NCBI GenBank assembly: GCA_034189385.1 | Contig: JAXHVD010000005.1 | Span: 96,001 to 160,000 of the forward strand | Direction of reading: 5' to 3' | Source of the DNA: Thermodesulfobacteriota bacterium | GTDB taxonomy: Bacteria; Desulfobacterota; Desulfobacteria; Desulfobacterales; C00003060 | DNA: 64,000 bases | Shown: positions 31,274 to 41,561 of the stretch, one piece after another | How positions within the stretch are numbered: the stretch's first letter is position 1 | How the letters are laid out: every line of letters begins with the position of its first letter | The notes under the pieces: generated by a model | Told to the model about the DNA's origin: nothing | The model's input: only the letters and a program-made list of their open reading frames with translations | The model's database searches: none | Position numbers and translations under genes: made by a program

Positions 31274-33124
31274 TCAAATGGTTGAGATGGGTGCGCCTCT
31301 TTTCAAGCCGTGAGGCGCAGACTTGAGTGAAGTTCTAAGGCGGGATGAGTTTGTCAGGAATGTCTGCTCCACGAAATCAGCAAGGCCCTGTACGTCGTCT
31401 AACTCAAAGCGGGGCACGCCAAGGTCCAGGGGGGCGTCTGATACCAGGGCCACGAGATGGTCGTCCATGGTGCAAAGGGGTTTGTCATGGACCTGGCTCC
31501 GAAAGATCTCTATCTTAGGTTTGTCCTGCCTTTTGTACCCTTCGGTCAAGATAATATCCACGTCTTGAAAATACTTGGAAGCAAGGCCGTCAAGGGTCGC
31601 CTCTGTGTCCATATCTCTGATGACCGACACCTTTTTAGGCGATGAGATGACTACAGTGTGGGCCCCGGCCTTCTTGTGACGCCAGCTGTCTTTTCCTTCA
31701 TGATCAATGTCAAAGCCATGGACATCGTGTTTAATGGTTCCCACACGATAGCCCCTTGTCTTCAATTCCGGTACAAGCTTTTCCAGCAGGGTTGTTTTCC
31801 CGGAGTCTGATTTGCCTACAACGGAGACAATGGGGGCCGTGTTGGCCTCCTGTTCGTGGGCTTTCTCCCGTTCAAGGCAAGGGTTTGTGGACAAAGGCCG
31901 CTGAAATGGGTGGAGCGGTTGGACCATCACTTGCTCCCCCCTTCGCAAGCTGCTTCTTTCTGGCTCCACAAGGATCAACCCATTGGCCATGGCCATGGCG
32001 GAAAAGACTCCAGCATGGGGCCCTGCAAGAGGAAGAACGCGGTAAGCGCTGTCTTCATTTCTTACCAAGCCTTGAACCACATGCTCTATGCCGGGCCTTT
32101 TTTCCAGGTCCTGTTCAAGGATCGCCTTTATGGGAACCATTCGATCTGTTTGACCCATTAGTCTTAAGAGGGCCGGCACAACGAGGGTGTAAAAGGCCGC
32201 GTAAACGGCACTCGGTGTCCCGGGCAAGCAGAAGACTGGTTTGCCGTGATCCATGCCAAAAGAAGTCCCCTTGCCAGGTATCATGGACAGGCCAGAGAAC
32301 TTTACGTCCATCCCCATCTTTCCCATGAGATGGCGGGTAAGGTCGGAGCGGGCATTTGAGGTGCCGCCAGTTGTAACAACCATGTCACTCTTGAGACTTT
32401 GCACCACATCTTTCTTGATCGTATCTGCGTCGTCTGTGCAGATCATCACCTCTCCAACCACGGCACCGTGCTCCTTGACCATGGCCGAGAGCATGTAGGT
32501 GTTGCTGGCCACAATACTGTGGTCAGCAGGTCTGGCATCAAGATCAATCAGTTCGTTCCCAACGGCAATGATGGACACTCGGGGTCTTCTGGTTACAGGG
32601 ACCTCTCTTATCTGCAGGCTGGCCAGGGTGCCCAGCACAGGTGGTGTGATGGAGCCTCCTCGTTCAACGATGAGACTGTTCTTTTTAATGTCTTTGCCCT
32701 TTGTTGAGACATACTGAAAGGGAGATGCCACGGCTGGCACTTCAATCGTATCTGACCTGCAGAGGGTATCTTCTTCTTTCACCACTGCGTCTGCCCCTGG
32801 AGGAATGGGGCCCCCGGTCACGATGCGAACGGCTTGTCCCCTTTCAAGAGCAGGCAGTTCTCCAATACGTGGATGTATTTCTCCCACCACGTTCAGCCTT
32901 GCTGGGTGTTCTTCTCTGGCATTGACCGTATCTTTGCTGCGAACGGCGTAACCGTCCATTGCAGCACGATTAAAAGGGGGGATGTCATCAGGGGCGTAAA
33001 GCCCCCTGCTGGCAACATGGTGCAGGGCCTTTTCCAGAGGAAGGGTGATCGTTTCAAGGGGATCTATGCTTTCCAGGATGGTGTTGAGGGCTTGTTCCCG
33101 GGAGACGACCTTCAGGTCAGCCAT
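31274..33124 (-). CDS. MoeA-MobB fusion
   Basis: MoeA motifs (AAMDGYAV, TGG.IP.GADAV, GNEL, LPG.P) followed by MobB (VGKSDSGKTTL, IKHDVH.FDID..GKDS, EGYK). Confidence 0.9.
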   Translation of the reverse strand: MADLKVVSREQALNTILESIDPLETITLPLEKALHHVASRGLYAPDDIPPFNRAAMDGYAVRSKDTVNAREEHPARLNVVGEIHPRIGELPALERGQAVRIVTGGPIPPGADAVVKEEDTLCRSDTIEVPAVASPFQYVSTKGKDIKKNSLIVERGGSITPPVLGTLASLQIREVPVTRRPRVSIIAVGNELIDLDARPADHSIVASNTYMLSAMVKEHGAVVGEVMICTDDADTIKKDVVQSLKSDMVVTTGGTSNARSDLTRHLMGKMGMDVKFSGLSMIPGKGTSFGMDHGKPVFCLPGTPSAVYAAFYTLVVPALLRLMGQTDRMVPIKAILEQDLEKRPGIEHVVQGLVRNEDSAYRVLPLAGPHAGVFSAMAMANGLILVEPERSSLRRGEQVMVQPLHPFQRPLSTNPCLEREKAHEQEANTAPIVSVVGKSDSGKTTLLEKLVPELKTRGYRVGTIKHDVHGFDIDHEGKDSWRHKKAGAHTVVISSPKKVSVIRDMDTEATLDGLASKYFQDVDIILTEGYKRQDKPKIEIFRSQVHDKPLCTMDDHLVALVSDAPLDLGVPRFELDDVQGLADFVEQTFLTNSSRLRTSLKSAPHGLKRGAPISTI

Positions 33125-33331
33125 CTTTCATTCTTCTCCATGAGGGGGGGCGGTGAAAAGGGGGCGTGTGTCCTCCACAGTCAGGACGGTAGGAGCATTT
33201 TTCCCTGTTGTCAAGCTAAAATATGTCATGTTAGACTTAATAATTGAGTAGTGACTGTGGCGTAGCGTTGACTTTCTAACTATAGTTATATTAGATGGTT
33301 TTGCCTGTAGCTGGCACAAGGGGGAAATCCT

Positions 33332-33688
33332 GTGAGACTTGGCGACTTGATTGACCGCGTGAAGGCCCACCCGGACTATGCCAAGGTCGGCATGGTGCTT
33401 TGCCACGTCGGCGTGGTGCGGGGGACATCAAGGGATGGCCGACCCGTCTCCGGCCTGGACCTTACGGTGGACCGTGCGGCCCTTGAGGCCATCCTTTCTG
33501 AACAACGGAAAAGGCCTGGCATTGTGGAGATACTGGTGGAGATCCAGGAAGGGGCGCTCAAGGTGGGTGATGAGGTCATGTTTATTGTGGTGGCGGGTGA
33601 TTTGCGAGACCATGTGATCCCCGTATTAGCAGATACCTTGAATGCCATAAAAAAAGGTGTCACTCACAAGAGGGAACACTTCTTATAG
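33332..33688 (+). CDS. moaE: MoaE-like molybdopterin synthase subunit
   Basis: GMVLCH.GVVR, G.LKVGD, V.VAG..R, IKK...HKRE. Confidence 0.8.
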   Translation: MRLGDLIDRVKAHPDYAKVGMVLCHVGVVRGTSRDGRPVSGLDLTVDRAALEAILSEQRKRPGIVEILVEIQEGALKVGDEVMFIVVAGDLRDHVIPVLADTLNAIKKGVTHKREHFL

Positions 33689-33930
33689 TAGATTCGAGTT
33701 TGCGCCTCACGGCTTGAAAAGAGGCGACCCCGTCGTGTCCACAGATGGTAGGTCTGTCGAGACTTGCAGCCGCCTGAGGCTTCAATGGCACAGAAAAGGC
33801 CCAAACCAGCACTCAGCCATTTTTCAAAACGGCAGCACGCTTTTATCGTTATTCCAGACGGTTGATAAGGGCGCGAGAGTTGAGTAATAGAGCTTTATCA
33901 TAGACAAGTTCATGACCGGGGAGGGAGCCT

Positions 33931-34413
33931 ATGCCTGAATTCACCCATCTCGACGAAGAAGGAAAGGTTCGCATGGTCGATGTGTCAGAAAAGCCGGAAA
34001 CGGCTCGGGAGGCTGTGGCCCAGGGGGTCGTTACCATGAAGCCTGAGACCTTTGAGCTGATAAGGGACCAGAAGGTGAAAAAGGGAAATGTGCTGGAGGC
34101 CGCCCGTATTGCAGGGGTAATGGCTGCAAAAAAGACGGCAGACCTTATTCCCATGTGCCATCCCCTTTCCATTACCTACGTGCAGGTGGACTTTCATCCT
34201 GACCCTGAGACCCACAGCATGAGAATAGAATCGGCTGTCCGTGTGCGAGGTCAGACCGGTGTGGAAATGGAGGCCCTTGCGGCAGTCGCTGTAGCGGCCT
34301 TGACGATTTACGATATGTGCAAGTCCTACGACCGGGCCATGACGATTACAGATGTCTGCCTGAAGAAGAAATCAGGGGGCAAGAGCGGGACCTTTGTGAG
34401 GGAGTCGTTGTGA
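33931..34413 (+). CDS. moaC: Cyclic pyranopterin monophosphate synthase
   Basis: THLD..G..RMVDVSEK, LIPMCHP, TGVEMEAL, IYDMCK, KSGGKSG. Confidence 0.97.
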   Translation: MPEFTHLDEEGKVRMVDVSEKPETAREAVAQGVVTMKPETFELIRDQKVKKGNVLEAARIAGVMAAKKTADLIPMCHPLSITYVQVDFHPDPETHSMRIESAVRVRGQTGVEMEALAAVAVAALTIYDMCKSYDRAMTITDVCLKKKSGGKSGTFVRESL

Positions 34414-35195
34414 AGGAGGCCGTGACCTACCATGTGTCTGAATTTGTAGACGACGGCCTTAAAGAAGCTGAGGTGACGGCCATTCAGGAAGTCCCCTTGA
34501 CCGTTTTTCTCAACAATCACGAGGTCGTCACGCTCCTTTGCACGGGAAAGCACCCCAAATACCTGGCCTTGGGATTCCTGAAGTCTGACGGGCTGATCAC
34601 GGACCTAAAACAGGTGCAAGAAGTTCTCGTGGATGAAGAGAAGGAAAGGATCAAGGTGTATGTCAAGACATCTCATGAGTCCTTCGAGCTTCCACGCCTG
34701 GGCCGGTCCATTACCTCCGGATGTGGAAAGGGGACCAATTTTGAGCAGAACATGGAGACGATTGCTGCCACCAAGGTTACTTCAAAACTGACCATCTCGC
34801 CTCGGCAGATCCTGGCATTGGCATCTGAACTCCAGAAGAGATCCACCCTCTACCAGAGGACCAGGGGGTGCCACAATGCCTCCCTTTGCACAGCGCAAGA
34901 AATGCTCCTCTTTCGTGAAGATATTGGCAGGCACAACGCCATTGACATGATTTGTGGCCAGTGCTTCTTAGATGGGATTTCTACAGATGACAAACTCATC
35001 GTGACGACCGGGCGGATAGCCTCAGAGATCCTGTTAAAGACCTTGCGACTCGGGGTCCCTATCCTTGTGTCTGGTTCGGCTGCCACACGGCTCTCCATCG
35101 ATCTGGCGAGAAAGACCAACATCACCCTTGTGGGGTTGGTGTGCATGGGACGGATGATTATCTACAACAGCGGCGGCAGAGTAAGAGGACTATGA
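34410..35195 (+). CDS. fdhD: FdhD sulfurtransferase
   Basis: E.PL, TSGCGKG, T.GCH.A, EDIGRHNAID, TTGR; GTG overlapping moaC stop. Confidence 0.93.
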   Translation: MKEAVTYHVSEFVDDGLKEAEVTAIQEVPLTVFLNNHEVVTLLCTGKHPKYLALGFLKSDGLITDLKQVQEVLVDEEKERIKVYVKTSHESFELPRLGRSITSGCGKGTNFEQNMETIAATKVTSKLTISPRQILALASELQKRSTLYQRTRGCHNASLCTAQEMLLFREDIGRHNAIDMICGQCFLDGISTDDKLIVTTGRIASEILLKTLRLGVPILVSGSAATRLSIDLARKTNITLVGLVCMGRMIIYNSGGRVRGL

Positions 35196-36430
35196 CGGGA
35201 AAGGAGTTTTTCAAGGTCGCCTCCCTTGATGCAGTACTGGAACGGATACGTACATTTCCGGCTGTTGACGAAGAGCTGCTGCCTCTGGACCAGTCTGTGG
35301 GCCGGATTTTGGCCCAGGATCTGTTCTCCAGCATTGATCTCCCCGAATTTAAGCGTGCCACGATGGACGGCTACGCCATCCAGGCGAAATCCACCTTTGG
35401 TGCGTCAGAGAGTATGCCCGCCCTCTTTACCATCATAGGCTCTGTTGGTATGGGAGAAGTGCCCACGGTTTCTGTAGACCCCGGGCAGGCCGTGCACATT
35501 GCCACAGGGGGCATGCTCCCTCGTGGGGCAGACAGTGTGGTGATGGTAGAACATACCCAACGCCTAGATGAGCAGACCCTTGAAGTTTTTAAAAGCACGG
35601 CCCCCCTGCAGCACGTCATGGAGGTAGGCGAAGACCTCACAAAGGGAGAAAGGATTCTTTCAAAGGGGATTGTCATCCGTCCCCAAGAAATGGGGGTCTT
35701 GGCAGCCCTTGGCCAGTCCCAGGTGCCGGTGTACCGGAAGCCTGTTGTGGCCATCGTCTCTTCTGGCGATGAAATTGTGCCCATAGAGCAAGCTCCCGGT
35801 TTGTCTCAGTTGCGTGATGTTAATGCCTATACTCTTTCCGGCCTTGTTCGCACCTCAGGGGGGATTCCCTTTTATGTGGGAATTGCCAAGGACCACTTTG
35901 CTGAACTGGATCACCTCTGCCGTAAGGCCCTGTCCCGGGCCGATATGGTCCTAATCTCAGGTGGCAGCTCGGTGGGGACCCGTGATTTCACCTTGGAAGT
36001 ACTTCAGGGGCTTCCAGACGCAGAGATCCTGGTGCACGGCGTCTCCGTGAGCCCCGGAAAACCGACCATCTTGGCTCGAAGCCAAGATAAGCCGGTATGG
36101 GGCCTCCCAGGGCAGGTGACCTCTGCCATGATCGTCTTTCACGTCATGGTGCGAGCGGCCCTTGAGAAGATAGGCGGACGCAAGGAAGACGAGCTGGGAA
36201 AGCGGCAAGAGGTGCCGGCCATGGTGAGTCGTAATATCGCTTCGGTACAGGGCAGGGAAGACTATGTGCGCGTGAGGCTTGTCCGTGAGGGAGAAAACCT
36301 GATTGCTGAACCTATCCTTGGAAAATCCGGGCTCCTTCATACCATGGTCAAGGCCGACGGACTCATCAGGATAGAGAGGGACTCAGAAGGGTTGGACAAG
36401 GGAAGCCCGGTAGACGTGATACTCCTCTAG
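35192..36430 (+). CDS. moeA: Molybdopterin molybdotransferase MoeA
   Basis: ATMDGYA, ATGGMLP.GAD.VVMVE, SGDE, SGGSSVG, PGKP, GLPG. Confidence 0.95.
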   Translation: MTGKEFFKVASLDAVLERIRTFPAVDEELLPLDQSVGRILAQDLFSSIDLPEFKRATMDGYAIQAKSTFGASESMPALFTIIGSVGMGEVPTVSVDPGQAVHIATGGMLPRGADSVVMVEHTQRLDEQTLEVFKSTAPLQHVMEVGEDLTKGERILSKGIVIRPQEMGVLAALGQSQVPVYRKPVVAIVSSGDEIVPIEQAPGLSQLRDVNAYTLSGLVRTSGGIPFYVGIAKDHFAELDHLCRKALSRADMVLISGGSSVGTRDFTLEVLQGLPDAEILVHGVSVSPGKPTILARSQDKPVWGLPGQVTSAMIVFHVMVRAALEKIGGRKEDELGKRQEVPAMVSRNIASVQGREDYVRVRLVREGENLIAEPILGKSGLLHTMVKADGLIRIERDSEGLDKGSPVDVILL

Positions 36431-36524
36431 GAGATTCTTCCCCGGTCAACACACTTGACCCCTCGACTGCTTGACTCCCTGAACCCTTGTGATCACAACG
36501 ATAAGATCACACCATCCAAAGTAA

Positions 36525-39500
36525 CTATTCTTGTTCTTGTTTAGCCTCCTTGCCCCGTTTTTCCAGACGAAGCTTTAGCCCCATGAGTAAATCCCATTCA
36601 ATGGGGACGATAAAAAGCGTCAGAAAGGTGGCTGTGCAAAGGCCAGTGACAAAGGTGGATGCCATGGCGCCAAAGACAAGGGAATAGCTGGGGATGCCAA
36701 GGGCCATGGGTAAGAGACCGAGGGTGGTCGTCAGGGTCGTTAGGAGAATGGGCCGGAGTCGAATGCGGATTCCCTCACGGATGGCCTCACGCCGTGACAT
36801 GCCGCTTGCGTAACGTTTGTTGATGAAGTCGATAAGGACAAGGGAATCGTTCACTACCACACCGGTGACACCCACCATGGCGATAAAGCTGTTCACCGTG
36901 AAGAGTCCCTGGGTGACGAATTTGCCCAAGACTACGCCTACAAGGGAAAAAACCACGGCAGACAAGATAATAAGGGGCTGTAGATAGGAACGGAACTGCG
37001 TGGCGAGGATCAGATACATCACGAGCAGGGCCACGAAGAAGGCATAGGTCAATGAGATGTACGATCGCCGAGTGTCTTCGAATTCCCCGGAGAAGTCAAT
37101 CTCCGCACCTGGATAATCCCCTTTGATTTTTCCATAGTACGTGCCGATGGCATTGACTACTGCCGGTGTGGATGTGGGTGCCCCCGGGTCGACGTTGGCT
37201 GTGAGTGTGATGGCGCGGTTATTTTGGAACCGATCCAGCCTGTTGGACTCCATGTAGGATTCATTTCTGGTCAGGTCGCCCAGACGAAGGGGGCCCGATG
37301 GGTGTTGCACAAGAGGCACCAAAAGGGCTGATTCGGCCGAACCCAGATAGCTTTTGTCTATTTTGAGTTTAAGATCCACGTCTTCGTCAAAGGCACGGAA
37401 CTCACCTACAAAACGTCCGTCTAGGACGGAGCCGGCAAGCTGGGCCACAGCAAGGGGTGTGAGGCCGTATTCGGCGGCCCGCTCCTCATCTACATCAAAG
37501 CGGTACACCCGATTCGGGCGCCCTTTGTTGTCGTTCAAATCTTCAAGAAAGGGAGAAATCGTCTCATCGTCCCGTAAGAAGGCATAGATGTCTTGTGCAA
37601 GGGCCTGGACAGCATCCGGGTTTGGCCCGACTATCCGGACGTTGATATCCTTGCCGGTAGGGGGGCCCCCTTTCTCTGCCCTCACGCGGAGAGTCCACCC
37701 GTCTGTCTCGAAAGGGGCCAGTTGTTTGCGCACATACTCTAGATGAAGAACAGGATCGTTTTTATGGTTTTCCGGAAAATCCTGTTCTTCCTTTGAGGGC
37801 ATTTCCACGATGATGTTGCCATTGTTGCTTCCAAAGACTGGCTGGTAGTCTTCGTTGACGAAAAACCCTGCCATGGCTGTGGCGGATTTGAGCTGGCCTG
37901 GTCTGCCCGGCAGAATAAATTCGGTGATCTCCTTGAGTTTTTGGTTTGTGGCTTCGATAGGAGTGGCCACAGGACCTTCTACCTCTATGTAGTAATAGGT
38001 ATACTCGTCGGGGAAGAACTTTATCTTGATCAAGGGGAGTTTTCCAGACACAGAGACAAGGAGGATGGCCGCAGAAAGGATAAAGGCCAGCAGAACAAGG
38101 CCAAGGCTGGTAAACCGGTAGCGGAGGGTGAACTGGACTATCCTGTTGGTTCCTTTGAGCAGCAGGTTCATGAATTGTCCTTGCTTGCCGGTGCCATGGT
38201 TGTCCTTGGCTCGCCTTTCCGCAGACTTGGCACCCGGCCAATCTGCGAAGTGGGATGGGAGAATGATGAGACATTCAAAGAGGGATGCTGCAATAGCTGC
38301 CGAGATGGCAATGGGGATTTGGGCGAAGAACTCCCCTGTGGAGCCGGACATGATCAGCATGGGGAGAAAGGCTGCCACCGTGGTGGACGTGGCCGCAATC
38401 ACGGGGCCGGCCACCTCAGACGCGCCGTTCACCACGGCCTCCTTGAGGGGGCTCCCCTCCTGGACGTGGCGATAGATGTTTTCTATGACCACGATGGCGT
38501 CGTCCACGATGATACCCGTTACCAGGACAAAGGAGAAAAGCGTGATCTCGTTCAGGGAGTTCTTGGTAAACCACATGAAGATCATGGTCACCAGGAAGGA
38601 AAAGGGGATGCCGACTACAGTGAGAACAGCATTGCGCAGACCCATAAAGAAGAAGATAAGGACACTGACAAGGCAGATACCCACGAGCAGGTTTGTCCCA
38701 AGGGTTGATATGGAATCGTTTACATTTATGCGCTGGTCCTGGGTGAGCACCACTTCCACCTGTTCCTTGGCGAGAACCGGCTTGAACGCTTCTACCACCT
38801 TTTCCACGGCTGGCAGGATGTCCAGAACATTTCCATCCCGAGTTTTGATAACCTTCAGGGTGACGCAGTCCTTGCCGTTTACGGAGGTGATGACATAGGG
38901 GTCGCGGTAGGACATGTGGGCGTCATGCATGACTTGGCCGACCTTGACAAAGGAGCCGTCACTGTCCCGACGGATGATGGTGTCGGCCACCTGCTGGCGG
39001 GAGCGGTACCGCTCGTCCACCACAATGACGAACTCGCCCGTTCCATTGGTATAGTCACCGGCTGGCACAGAGATGTTGGACTCCAAGAGGGCCGCGGCCA
39101 CCTCGTCAAAGGTCACCCCGTATTTGTCAAGAAGACGGGGATTCAGATTCACATGGTACTCGCGGGCATATTCTCCATTGAGTTCCACTTCCTTTACACC
39201 GGGGATCTGACGGAGGTGGAGTTTCATCTCCTCAGCCATGAGCACGAGGGGTCGGTTCGATCTGTCGCCCACCAAGTTAACGGCCACTGCAGGAAGCCAT
39301 TGGTCCACGTTGATCTCAGTAAAGGCCGGTGGGTCCACCTCTTTTGGTAGCTCCTTCATGATGCTCAGGACCTTAAGACGCAATTCATCGAAGAGCGTGT
39401 CGTAGTCCGTGTCGTCGATAAACTTGACGGTGATGGACGAGCGTTCCCGGTAGGAGGTGGATTGGATGAATTCCACGGACTCAAGGTCGTCCAGGGCCTC

Positions 39501-39707
39501 TTCGATTTCGTGGGTGACCAGAGCTTCTACTTCTTCGGGCGAGGCACTGGGAAAGATGGTGGTGATTTCCACCTTTCCCATGTGGACGTTGGGATAACGC
39601 TCTACTGGAAGGTCAAAGAGAGAAAACAATCCTACTGCCATGGAAAGGAGAAAGAGGAGATTGACCAAGACGCTCTGTTTGAGGACATAACGAAAAAACG
39701 GTTTCAT
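36525..39707 (-). CDS. RND efflux permease (AcrB/CusA family)
   Basis: 1060 aa; GIIVDDAIVVIENI, GVVVNDSLVL, RLRPILLT. Confidence 0.96.
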   Translation of the reverse strand: MKPFFRYVLKQSVLVNLLFLLSMAVGLFSLFDLPVERYPNVHMGKVEITTIFPSASPEEVEALVTHEIEEALDDLESVEFIQSTSYRERSSITVKFIDDTDYDTLFDELRLKVLSIMKELPKEVDPPAFTEINVDQWLPAVAVNLVGDRSNRPLVLMAEEMKLHLRQIPGVKEVELNGEYAREYHVNLNPRLLDKYGVTFDEVAAALLESNISVPAGDYTNGTGEFVIVVDERYRSRQQVADTIIRRDSDGSFVKVGQVMHDAHMSYRDPYVITSVNGKDCVTLKVIKTRDGNVLDILPAVEKVVEAFKPVLAKEQVEVVLTQDQRINVNDSISTLGTNLLVGICLVSVLIFFFMGLRNAVLTVVGIPFSFLVTMIFMWFTKNSLNEITLFSFVLVTGIIVDDAIVVIENIYRHVQEGSPLKEAVVNGASEVAGPVIAATSTTVAAFLPMLIMSGSTGEFFAQIPIAISAAIAASLFECLIILPSHFADWPGAKSAERRAKDNHGTGKQGQFMNLLLKGTNRIVQFTLRYRFTSLGLVLLAFILSAAILLVSVSGKLPLIKIKFFPDEYTYYYIEVEGPVATPIEATNQKLKEITEFILPGRPGQLKSATAMAGFFVNEDYQPVFGSNNGNIIVEMPSKEEQDFPENHKNDPVLHLEYVRKQLAPFETDGWTLRVRAEKGGPPTGKDINVRIVGPNPDAVQALAQDIYAFLRDDETISPFLEDLNDNKGRPNRVYRFDVDEERAAEYGLTPLAVAQLAGSVLDGRFVGEFRAFDEDVDLKLKIDKSYLGSAESALLVPLVQHPSGPLRLGDLTRNESYMESNRLDRFQNNRAITLTANVDPGAPTSTPAVVNAIGTYYGKIKGDYPGAEIDFSGEFEDTRRSYISLTYAFFVALLVMYLILATQFRSYLQPLIILSAVVFSLVGVVLGKFVTQGLFTVNSFIAMVGVTGVVVNDSLVLIDFINKRYASGMSRREAIREGIRIRLRPILLTTLTTTLGLLPMALGIPSYSLVFGAMASTFVTGLCTATFLTLFIVPIEWDLLMGLKLRLEKRGKEAKQEQE

Positions 39708-39710
39708 GGC

Positions 39711-40754
39711 TTAGGGCTCCGGCCGGACTTTGAATCTCTCACCCGGTTTGACCTCTGCCGATCGGACCCGGGAGGTGTTCTGTGGCCCATGGTCAAGGAG
39801 CACCACGCGGACTTGCTCGCCATCTTCCCGTGTAAGCCACAATGCCTCATAGCGCTCTGATAGGGCTGAAGTGGGCACCAGGACCGTGCCCGAGCCGTCT
39901 GGAACCTCCAGGACAAGGACGGCCCGCAAGCCCCCCCGCATATGCGAGAGCCCCTCTTGAACGGAAAGATCCACGCTTATCTTTCGGGTCTCGGGATCAA
40001 AGGCCGGGGAGATCCGTTCAAGTTCGGCCTCAAGAAGGGTTCCTTCCTGACCCTCGTCCGGAAAGCGGAGTTTGGCAGGTCCACGCAACCTTCTCACCGC
40101 ATTGTATTCCTCCGGTGAAAGGGAAAAGGGGACAAGGAGCTTGCGAAAGTCCCCGGCCTTGCCAAGAAGGGCGCCAGCCTGCACCCATTGGCCTGGCTCC
40201 ACCGTGCGCTCTGTAATGGTCCAGCCCGTGGGGACGCGGATGATATGACGCTCCCTCCGTTCCTTGAGATGGGCTTCTTCTGTCTTGAGGGTTTCTAGCT
40301 CAAATCTGGACTGATCCACCCTGTTCTGGAGTTCGTCCAGTTTGGATTGGGCAGCGCTCTCGCGGCCCACGAGCTCCTCAAATCGACGGACCTCCTTGAT
40401 CTCATAAGTGATCCTGTTTTCCACCCGCTCTTGATCCACCCGATTTTTCTCAATGGAAAGATCCATGAAGGTAGTGTCCAGGACACAGAAGATGCCGCCT
40501 TCGCCAATGGTGTCGCCCACATCGGCCGCCACCTTCACACATCGGTCAGATTCCTCGCTCACAATATCCATGACGTGCCTGGCCCGGGTGTAACCGATAA
40601 GGGTGACCTGGCGCGCGGCAGGCCTGGCCGCAAAGATACCGCCTTCCACCCAGGACTTTTCCGCTTCGTCGCTTGCCCAAAAGGGCACAGGGACGAGCAC
40701 GGGAGTCAAAAGGGAGATAAGGCCAATGAGCGTTCCCTTCATAACACCATTCAT
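39711..40754 (-). CDS. RND periplasmic adaptor (membrane fusion protein)
   Basis: Lipoyl/hairpin pattern, ISPAFDPETR, VP.SAL; adjacent to the permease. Confidence 0.9.
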   Translation of the reverse strand: MNGVMKGTLIGLISLLTPVLVPVPFWASDEAEKSWVEGGIFAARPAARQVTLIGYTRARHVMDIVSEESDRCVKVAADVGDTIGEGGIFCVLDTTFMDLSIEKNRVDQERVENRITYEIKEVRRFEELVGRESAAQSKLDELQNRVDQSRFELETLKTEEAHLKERRERHIIRVPTGWTITERTVEPGQWVQAGALLGKAGDFRKLLVPFSLSPEEYNAVRRLRGPAKLRFPDEGQEGTLLEAELERISPAFDPETRKISVDLSVQEGLSHMRGGLRAVLVLEVPDGSGTVLVPTSALSERYEALWLTREDGEQVRVVLLDHGPQNTSRVRSAEVKPGERFKVRPEP

Positions 40755-41365
40755 AACAGATCCTTTCCGCCTCCCCGAAGGGTGAAGGCAAGGGCCTTTT
40801 CAACCACCTGGTCCACCCTCTCTTCAGGGAGAAATCGAAACTGCTCTTTGATGAGAAGCAATGAGAGGCCGTGGAGGGAGGCCCACAGGGCAATGGCCAG
40901 GGTCTGGGCATCGCTTCCCGAAAAATAGCCTGCATCCAGGCACTGCTGGACGTGTGCCACAAATTTTCCCAGAGACTTCAGGGCCACCGATTCTTCAGCG
41001 CCCTCGGGCTGCTTGATGATCTCCTTGGTCCCGAACATGAGTTCATAGAGTTCCGGATTTGCCACTGCAAAGGCCACGTAAAGGCGGCTCCCTCTCTTCA
41101 CCCGCTCTATCGGGTCCGGGATCTCTTCCAACTCCATTTGCATGGCAAGAAGCCGTTCAAAGCCCTGAAAGCAGAGCTGGAGCATGATATCTTCCTTGTT
41201 CTCGAAATACCGGTAGATCGTTCCCGCGCTGTATTCTATCTGACGGGCTATGCGGCGCATGGAGACGGCTTGGTAGCCCCCTTTTGCGAACATGCCCATG
41301 GCCGCCTCGAGTATCCGCTGCCGCATCTTCTGCACGTCCCGCTCTTTCCGTTCCTTAATACCCAT
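40751..41365 (-). CDS. TetR/AcrR regulator
   Basis: G...SMRRIA....YSAGTIYRYF.NK HTH; W..LHG C-domain. Confidence 0.95.
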   Translation of the reverse strand: MGIKERKERDVQKMRQRILEAAMGMFAKGGYQAVSMRRIARQIEYSAGTIYRYFENKEDIMLQLCFQGFERLLAMQMELEEIPDPIERVKRGSRLYVAFAVANPELYELMFGTKEIIKQPEGAEESVALKSLGKFVAHVQQCLDAGYFSGSDAQTLAIALWASLHGLSLLLIKEQFRFLPEERVDQVVEKALAFTLRGGGKDLL

Positions 41366-41373
41366 GACAGGTT

Positions 41374-41411
41374 ATCATAATGAACGCTGTTCAGTTTGTC
41401 AACAGCGTTCA
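41374..41411 (-). promoter_or_regulatory. TetR promoter and overlapping operator
   Basis: Minus TTGACA-17 bp-TATGAT; perfect inverted repeat TGAACGCTGTT-N9-AACAGCGTTCA at 41381-41411. Confidence 0.8.
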
Positions 41412-41523
41412 GCATGGGGCTTTCCCCTTGACACAGAGCCCTTCATCTCCTATGGTCCAATCCCTCAACTTTTTGCCTTCCCTCAGTAGGAGTACGAGCG
41501 CCGCCTTTTGGGTTGGTGGGTTT

Positions 41524-41550
41524 GTCATTCCGGCGAAAGCCGGAATCCAG
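41524..41550 (+). repeat. Left palindromic repeat flanking GIY-YIG gene
   Basis: GTCATTCCGGCGAAAGCCGGAATCCAG. Confidence 0.9.
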
Positions 41551-41561
41551 GGAGCGCAGTG

